From: a virus
Lineage: Duplodnaviria; Caudoviricetes
Length of the DNA stretch: 64,000 nt
IMG/VR virus record: IMGVR_UViG_2974586258_000001
Span: 1 to 64,000 of that record
Direction: 5' to 3' (one strand)
A program made the position numbers and the translations under genes. Of this stretch, positions 58,427 through 64,000 are shown one piece after another. Each line of letters opens with the position of its first letter. Position 1 is the first letter of the stretch. Under the pieces are notes generated by a model that had not been told where the DNA came from, searched no databases, and saw only the letters and a program-made list of their open reading frames with translations.

Positions 58427-59416
58427 TTAAACTAATTTGAGATTAATTAGAGCTGAAATAAATAGATCTTCAAGTATTTCCAAGTCTTTCTCTTCTATTG
58501 TTTCAGTAAAACCATCTTGAAAAATTTCAGGTAATACTACACCGCGCATCAAAGATTTAGACCTTTTTATAAAACTTTCAACGTACTGGGCTATTCTCCC
58601 GTCCTTCCAAGTTTTAATATATAAAATTTCATAGTTAAAATGTGTTTTTGATGCCTGTTCTTCTATTCTCTTTTTAACTTTTAAATTAGTAATTCCAAAT
58701 TTAATAAAGTTGTGGGAATCCTTTGACCACTTTACTATGTAAAATGAGCCAGCTTTGTTTGGCCTGTATCCGTGGCTTGCGCAACTGGGGCACCTAGATT
58801 CTTTGCTTATAAAATCTATGTACCTGACAGTCTGCACTCCATGCGTTGGACATTCGTATTGAAATCTTGCACTAGGTGCAGATTTATAACCATCAACAAA
58901 ACCAATAGGTACGTAATTTTCTGTTTTACATATTTTAACGCACCTCTCCAAGGCTACAGTTTCTTTTGTTTTCAGTCTATCGGCCAATTCCCTGTATTTA
59001 CATTTAGGGCAACCACTAGACCTATTAAGTACATTGTCAGCTCTTGTTATCCAAGTGTGTTTATCAATGTTGCAAAGGAGTTTAATTTTTGTGGACTTAC
59101 CTTTATAATTTTCGGTGAACCCGCAAACCTGAACATCTTTTCCATTTAAATTGCGAGAGATTCTTAGTAAGTATTGCCATGATTTCCACCTATGATTTTT
59201 CGCGCAGCCGCATGGTTTCTTCCCTTCTTTTAAGTGATATTTTGTACTGACGAAATAACCATCTGGAAATAGCTCTCTATCCTTAGAACACTCTGTGCAT
59301 GTAACTTTGAAAGTAGTTTGTTTTCCTTTAATATTCTCATGCACACCTACAACTTCTAACTTACCATCTTTGGATTTCCAACCAATAAAGGTGTTTTCCT
59401 TTTCGCTGTTAGTGAT
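58427..59416 (-). CDS. Hef-like/GIY-YIG homing endonuclease (start uncertain)
   Basis: CTECSKDRELFPDGYF...KPCGC; homology extends upstream of the GTG at 59344. Confidence 0.7.
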   Translation of the reverse strand: MTNSEKENTFIGWKSKDGKLEVVGVHENIKGKQTTFKVTCTECSKDRELFPDGYFVSTKYHLKEGKKPCGCAKNHRWKSWQYLLRISRNLNGKDVQVCGFTENYKGKSTKIKLLCNIDKHTWITRADNVLNRSSGCPKCKYRELADRLKTKETVALERCVKICKTENYVPIGFVDGYKSAPSARFQYECPTHGVQTVRYIDFISKESRCPSCASHGYRPNKAGSFYIVKWSKDSHNFIKFGITNLKVKKRIEEQASKTHFNYEILYIKTWKDGRIAQYVESFIKRSKSLMRGVVLPEIFQDGFTETIEEKDLEILEDLFISALINLKLV

Positions 59417-59431
59417 ACGTCCTCCATAAAT

Positions 59432-59977
59432 TTAAGTAATACTTACATCAGAGACCACTTCCACATCTTGAATGGGACCTCTTATAGTGCTGGTAAGACG
59501 AACACGAAGAAGATCTTCAAATACTCCGTAATCAGAGTCTACGAAAAGGCAGTTAAAAGTAATAACAAATCTAGACCTATCTTCATATTCTTGATAATTT
59601 AGTACTACTCGTTGTTTTATTGCATTTGTGCAAGAAGCAAAAGCGAATCTCGGATCTTTAAAATATTCATAGTTAATCCAAGGAAGATGAAGAGAATGTT
59701 TTATTTTTGCAGCATCATTTAATGTATCACCTTTGCAAACAGTAATGATAAAATTAACTTGGCTATTCCAACTTTGTCTCACAAAACCATTATCATCCAA
59801 TTCTTCATTGGAGTGCCAATTAGGGTCTGCAATAACCGATTGCTCAATCATTACATAGTCATCAGTTTGTTTAGGGATTACAGATTCACCTACCAATATT
59901 AATTTTCTATTTGTTACGGTTTTAATAAAGAAACCTAACTTATTGGTAAGGTCTTGAATTAATGTTTCATCATGCAC
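59432..59977 (-). CDS. tail completion / terminator protein
   Basis: Position upstream of the sheath gene; 181 aa. Confidence 0.65.
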   Translation of the reverse strand: MHDETLIQDLTNKLGFFIKTVTNRKLILVGESVIPKQTDDYVMIEQSVIADPNWHSNEELDDNGFVRQSWNSQVNFIITVCKGDTLNDAAKIKHSLHLPWINYEYFKDPRFAFASCTNAIKQRVVLNYQEYEDRSRFVITFNCLFVDSDYGVFEDLLRVRLTSTIRGPIQDVEVVSDVSIT

Positions 59978-59986
59978 TAAAACTCC

Positions 59987-60406
59987 TTACTCAAAAGCAC
60001 TTGGTTCTAAGATAACTAAATATTGATAACGCGATACGCCAGTATATGGGAAACTAAGAGCACGTAATACAGTAAACCACAACTGTCTACCTGTAATACT
60101 ATTCAATTGCACTTGGTCACTCATAATTCCTGTACCATCAATGCCAACAATCAAAGGGTCTGATGTCCACAAATAATATGATTCATAACTCTTTAGTCCG
60201 GCTTCAGATAATTGACTTTCAAACTTCTTAACAGCATCGCCAGTCAATGGTTGAACAGAACACTTATTAATTGTTTTGTTTGTAAAAGTTATTGTGTTAT
60301 TATCATTCTCAAACGGACTACTTGGGTCTTTTACCGAGGATCTTGAACGTGCATTCAATATAACTTGAGGTAGGAGTGAATTAGACCCAATTAATGAGTA
60401 ACTCAT
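59987..60406 (-). CDS. head closure / neck protein
   Basis: CSVQP motif; position in the neck module. Confidence 0.65.
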   Translation of the reverse strand: MSYSLIGSNSLLPQVILNARSRSSVKDPSSPFENDNNTITFTNKTINKCSVQPLTGDAVKKFESQLSEAGLKSYESYYLWTSDPLIVGIDGTGIMSDQVQLNSITGRQLWFTVLRALSFPYTGVSRYQYLVILEPSAFE

Positions 60407-60918
60407 TAGAATCTACCTCCTTTGTTGAAGTTGTATTCAGCATTCTGTGTAACTTTATATTTGCAGGAGTCACGAAGATCTCCAAAATGAATCATAGCTT
60501 CATCAAACCCTTTCTGTTTTGCCCAATCTGGACTAACCTTCGGATTAGAGAAAGTTCCTGCATCAATAGTAAATTGGATAGACTCAACATACTTCTGACC
60601 TACAACCTTCAATGCAGTTTCTGGCATCTTTCCTGCAACCACAATACTTCTGTAAACATTCTTAATTAATCTGGGAAGTTCATACTTGAAAGATAAAGAG
60701 CTTGTTAACATCACATTACGTTGAGGAAGGTTCCCGTAACCAAATTCATGGATGTTCATCAACTGTGCTGTGGTCATTCCAGAATAATGTGGATCATCAT
60801 AGAAACCAGCTTCAACTTGTGTTTTAACTAGTTGTTCTAATCGTTTCTCAAATCTTCGTAAACCTGACATATCCATTTTTGTTGTAGCTTTCATTTTAAT
60901 CATAAAATATAACTCCAA
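60406..60918 (-). CDS. neck / tail completion protein
   Basis: IHEFG..NLPQR, KGFDEAMI..GDL. Confidence 0.75.
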   Translation of the reverse strand: MELYFMIKMKATTKMDMSGLRRFEKRLEQLVKTQVEAGFYDDPHYSGMTTAQLMNIHEFGYGNLPQRNVMLTSSLSFKYELPRLIKNVYRSIVVAGKMPETALKVVGQKYVESIQFTIDAGTFSNPKVSPDWAKQKGFDEAMIHFGDLRDSCKYKVTQNAEYNFNKGGRF

Positions 60919-60929
60919 GCTACATAAGT

Positions 60930-61433
60930 TTAGTCTTCATAAACAAAAGGGTTTTTAGGGTTTCGATATCGTGAGGTGTAGTCAACAACACCATCAACAC
61001 TATAAGCACCTTTGCTGTTTGGATCTTTACGAACTTCTTCAAATTTATCTTTGCGTACACCGCCGATGATAATGAGGTTATCAAAACCACCAAGGCTTGG
61101 GTCAATGAAGTCTGGATTCTCTGTGATATATTGCAGCAAATCTTTCCAAGCTTGTAATTGTGATCCACCAGTAACAGATATCTGTTCTTGTCCTATCTTT
61201 TCAGTGCGACCTGTTCCTACATTACCAGAACTAACTGTTTTGGATATTAGATACTGAAGACATGAAACTGTGGTGTTCCAAAGGACAAGAGGTTCGTTCT
61301 CAGGTTTATTGTCCACATCGAATTGCAATTCCCACCGAGATAAAAACAAATCAATCGTGGCAGTAGGTAAAAGTTGTTCAGAGATATCCCCGAGGATAAC
61401 TCTAATATAAGCGATTCTTTCCTCGTGAGTCAT
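60930..61433 (-). CDS. head-tail adaptor
   Basis: IRVILGD N-terminus; EKIG..ISV. Confidence 0.7.
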   Translation of the reverse strand: MTHEERIAYIRVILGDISEQLLPTATIDLFLSRWELQFDVDNKPENEPLVLWNTTVSCLQYLISKTVSSGNVGTGRTEKIGQEQISVTGGSQLQAWKDLLQYITENPDFIDPSLGGFDNLIIIGGVRKDKFEEVRKDPNSKGAYSVDGVVDYTSRYRNPKNPFVYED

Positions 61434-61607
61434 ATTATCCTCAGAACTTAAATAGTATTAGATATTTCATATCTGTTGCAAAAATTAATAATTAAATAGT
61501 TTTGGTTCATTAACAAATCTTACCACAAATATATAAAATTTTCAATCTGTTAAAGAACTTTATTATTTAAAACTACTAAATATTTACAACTTATAACACC
61601 TAGCCTA

Positions 61608-61922
61608 TTATTTTGCTTTAGTACGACCGCGAGGTTTTGGGGCTTCTTCAGCTTTAACTACTTCTGTTTCAGTTTGTTTTTCTTCTTGGAAACCAAGCAG
61701 TGTTACAAACGGAAGTTCAAAACATTCTTCAACATTTAATTTGGCATTTGCATGTTCAATCAGAGCACGAATAAAGAAGTGGAAGTTAGGGGTCTGATAC
61801 TCATGGCCATCTTTTGTTACAAAACAATAATCAAAAGAAACTAATGTCTTTTCATAATCAATATCAGAGACTTTGGAAATTGCTGACAATACCTCAGCTT
61901 TAGTTACATATTCTTGCTGCAT
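61608..61922 (-). CDS. hypothetical virion-module protein
   Basis: 104 aa after the capsid gene; basic tail. Confidence 0.7.
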   Translation of the reverse strand: MQQEYVTKAEVLSAISKVSDIDYEKTLVSFDYCFVTKDGHEYQTPNFHFFIRALIEHANAKLNVEECFELPFVTLLGFQEEKQTETEVVKAEEAPKPRGRTKAK

Positions 61923-62005
61923 TATTAATCCTATTTGCTATGCTATATCATAAACAAAGGCCGCCACCCTTAACGGGGGCAGCCTAAGAGCTTACTTACA
62001 AATTA

Positions 62006-62995
62006 TTATACAGAAGTCATCTTGATGACAAGTTCAGGACGAGAGTTTACACACAGTACAGAACTTTCAGTCTCAAGCATCTGGCTACGACCATTCTTAA
62101 CTTCGTTAAGGAACAGGTATGCCTCACGAGCAGTGGTGTTAGCAAATGCAACATGGTCAGCAGGAGCAAAGTGCATGGTGAACATACCTTCAATGCCACG
62201 GGGGAACATGTACGCTTCACCAGTGGGGATATAACCAGAAATATCTTCCATGAAGGTGTAACCCTTGTGGACGAAGTAACGGTTGTTCAGATCACCACCA
62301 AGGCGCTCACGCAGAGGTTCTTGAGTAGAAGCGTAACGATCATATGCTTGCTTAACAAACGGGTTGTCAATCAGCTTTTGGAACCAAGTACGAGAACACA
62401 GAACTACAATGCTATAACCATCAGCACCATTACCAGCTTTATCGATAATAACAGAACGACCTTGTTCTTCGATAGTGGTCAGGGGGTCGATAGTGGTAGA
62501 GGCAAATGCAACAGGAACAGTAGTCTGAGTTTGACCCCAAACAGTGAAATAGTTGTAAGTGCCAGTAGAAGCATCACCACCAGTACCCATGATAGCTTGA
62601 ACCATCAGTTTCTCACGTTGTTCTTGGTGAGTCTTTTGGATCATAGAGGTACGGCGCATAACTACATCTTCTACGGTCTTAGGTGCATTGGGGTCTGCAT
62701 AAGAAACAAAGTTCTGCACATCACCAGCTTGAATAGCGCCATCCAGAGGATAGAATGGGATCTTGAACTGTTTAGCTACAGCGTCTTCGCTTTGAATGAA
62801 GTTACGCTCGCCACCACGCAGGCGACCGGGAATAGCACCACGGTTCCAAGAAACTTTCTTAACTTCACAAATATCAGACTGGTGATATTCTGGAACGAAA
62901 AGCTCCATGTTGGTAACAAGGGTATTCTGACGAGGTGCAACCTCAAGCAGATGGGAAAAATCTAGAAAAGTAAAACCAGTATTAACTACGCTCAT
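62006..62995 (-). CDS. major capsid protein (lambda E-like)
   Basis: R.RGGERN, FAPAD, ESSVLCVNSRPEL; highly biased codon usage. Confidence 0.9.
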   Translation of the reverse strand: MSVVNTGFTFLDFSHLLEVAPRQNTLVTNMELFVPEYHQSDICEVKKVSWNRGAIPGRLRGGERNFIQSEDAVAKQFKIPFYPLDGAIQAGDVQNFVSYADPNAPKTVEDVVMRRTSMIQKTHQEQREKLMVQAIMGTGGDASTGTYNYFTVWGQTQTTVPVAFASTTIDPLTTIEEQGRSVIIDKAGNGADGYSIVVLCSRTWFQKLIDNPFVKQAYDRYASTQEPLRERLGGDLNNRYFVHKGYTFMEDISGYIPTGEAYMFPRGIEGMFTMHFAPADHVAFANTTAREAYLFLNEVKNGRSQMLETESSVLCVNSRPELVIKMTSV

Positions 62996-63022
62996 TTATT
63001 TTAACTCCGAATTATTAAATTA

Positions 63023-63403
63023 TTAACCGACTACTTTATCAGTAACTTTAATGCCTTTTGCTTCCAGTGCAGTAACACCAGCAGCATTGATAGCACCATC
63101 GCTAAATTTCAGCAGATTCTTATTCAGAGTCAGAGCACGTTTAGCAACGACCAGTTTGTACTGAGTACCAACTACAAAATCTTGTGCTTCACGAGTTACA
63201 CGAGCATCGATAAGAACAGAAGCTACGTTGGCAGCATCTGCAATTGCAGCCCAAGTGCCATCAGCTTTAAGCAGAGCACCAGCAGCCATACTTGCAGCCC
63301 AAGTAACAGAAACTTCTTCTACAGAGTAACCAATGTCAGATGCTTCAACAACACCAAGAACTAGGTCAGAGTAGAACTGGGAAATAGATTCAAGACGATT
63401 CAT
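63023..63403 (-). CDS. head decoration protein
   Basis: Ala-rich 126 aa; ALEAKGIKV end; directly upstream of the capsid gene. Confidence 0.8.
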   Translation of the reverse strand: MNRLESISQFYSDLVLGVVEASDIGYSVEEVSVTWAASMAAGALLKADGTWAAIADAANVASVLIDARVTREAQDFVVGTQYKLVVAKRALTLNKNLLKFSDGAINAAGVTALEAKGIKVTDKVVG

Positions 63404-63417
63404 TATTTTAACTCCGA

Positions 63418-64000
63418 TTATTTAGATTTGTTTTCAGCAGCCCATTTGGCAGCTTTAGCTTTGATAACTTCTTGGGGGTCTTGGGCATCAACAACTACTT
63501 TGCCATCTTTACCAACTTCGGTAATAGCAAATTGTTCTTTAGTCTTATTGACCTCTTCTTTCATTGCTTCAATTTGTTCTTTAGCAGATTTAAGAATATC
63601 TTGAATCATATCGAACTCAGCAGTCTTACGAGATTTCATCAGGAAATCAACAACTGCATCAGTCTTCTCTTCAACAACAATACCAGTAGATTTTACAAAC
63701 TCAGTAAATTCGTTCTTTTGTACTTGTTCAGCAGCTTTCAGAATTTCTTCTGCTTCAGCAGCCTTGGCTTTTGCTTTTTCAAGTTCTTCTTTCAGCGGTG
63801 CTTGAGCTGCCTCAAGTTGGGCCTTCAGAATATCTTGGAACTCAGCAGATTTCATTAGTTCTTGGATATCCAATGGTTTCTCCGTTTTATCTTTAGTTTT
63901 ATTAACGTTAATAGTACTATCATCAGAAACAGCAACAGGAGTTGAAGCTTTTTCCAAGGATTCTGTTACAGCTTTGAACAATTTAAGTTGTGTGTCAGCT
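63418..64000 (-). CDS. prohead protease/scaffold, C-terminal part (runs off the window)
   Basis: Coiled-coil Glu/Lys/Ala-rich ORF upstream of the decoration gene. Confidence 0.7.
   Translation of the reverse strand, partial: ADTQLKLFKAVTESLEKASTPVAVSDDSTINVNKTKDKTEKPLDIQELMKSAEFQDILKAQLEAAQAPLKEELEKAKAKAAEAEEILKAAEQVQKNEFTEFVKSTGIVVEEKTDAVVDFLMKSRKTAEFDMIQDILKSAKEQIEAMKEEVNKTKEQFAITEVGKDGKVVVDAQDPQEVIKAKAAKWAAENKSK

Noticed and set aside
1-64000. CRISPR array, tRNA or rRNA genes
   Set aside because: No regularly spaced repeats or cloverleaf/T-loop signatures were seen by eye; a tRNAscan/CRISPR scan was not run

Overview
This window is a 64-kb segment of a lytic, AT-rich myovirus genome. Gene order and protein types resemble ICP1/Felixounavirus/Aeromonas-phage-like myoviruses, and a gammaproteobacterial host is inferred, not proven. 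From left to right it contains: a few + strand small genes; a 1.6-kb non-coding block (2174-3830) dense in host-regulator-like sites and inverted repeats; a GATC-rich host-takeover gene cluster with strong sigma70 promoters (3838-9776); a second non-coding block (9780-10330); a long minus-strand accessory/middle region (HNH, minimal PolA-like protein, Srd-like protein, deaminase, nucleotidyltransferase, vWA-peptidase plus MoxR AAA, RNase H); a + strand replication module (Pif1-like helicase, primase-helicase, family A DNA polymerase split by a group I intron with an HNH gene, SSB-like proteins); and a minus-strand virion module from scaffold and capsid through sheath, tube, tape measure and baseplate to two tailspikes. 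Five GIY-YIG/Hef-like endonuclease genes are scattered through it. The most unusual signals are non-coding: an array of at least seven near-consensus Fur boxes, plus sigma54 and CRP sites, bracketing the early region; strong GATC enrichment with GATC inside three -35 boxes; and a dispersed ~90-bp palindromic repeat family. All calls were made by eye from motifs; no database searches were run.
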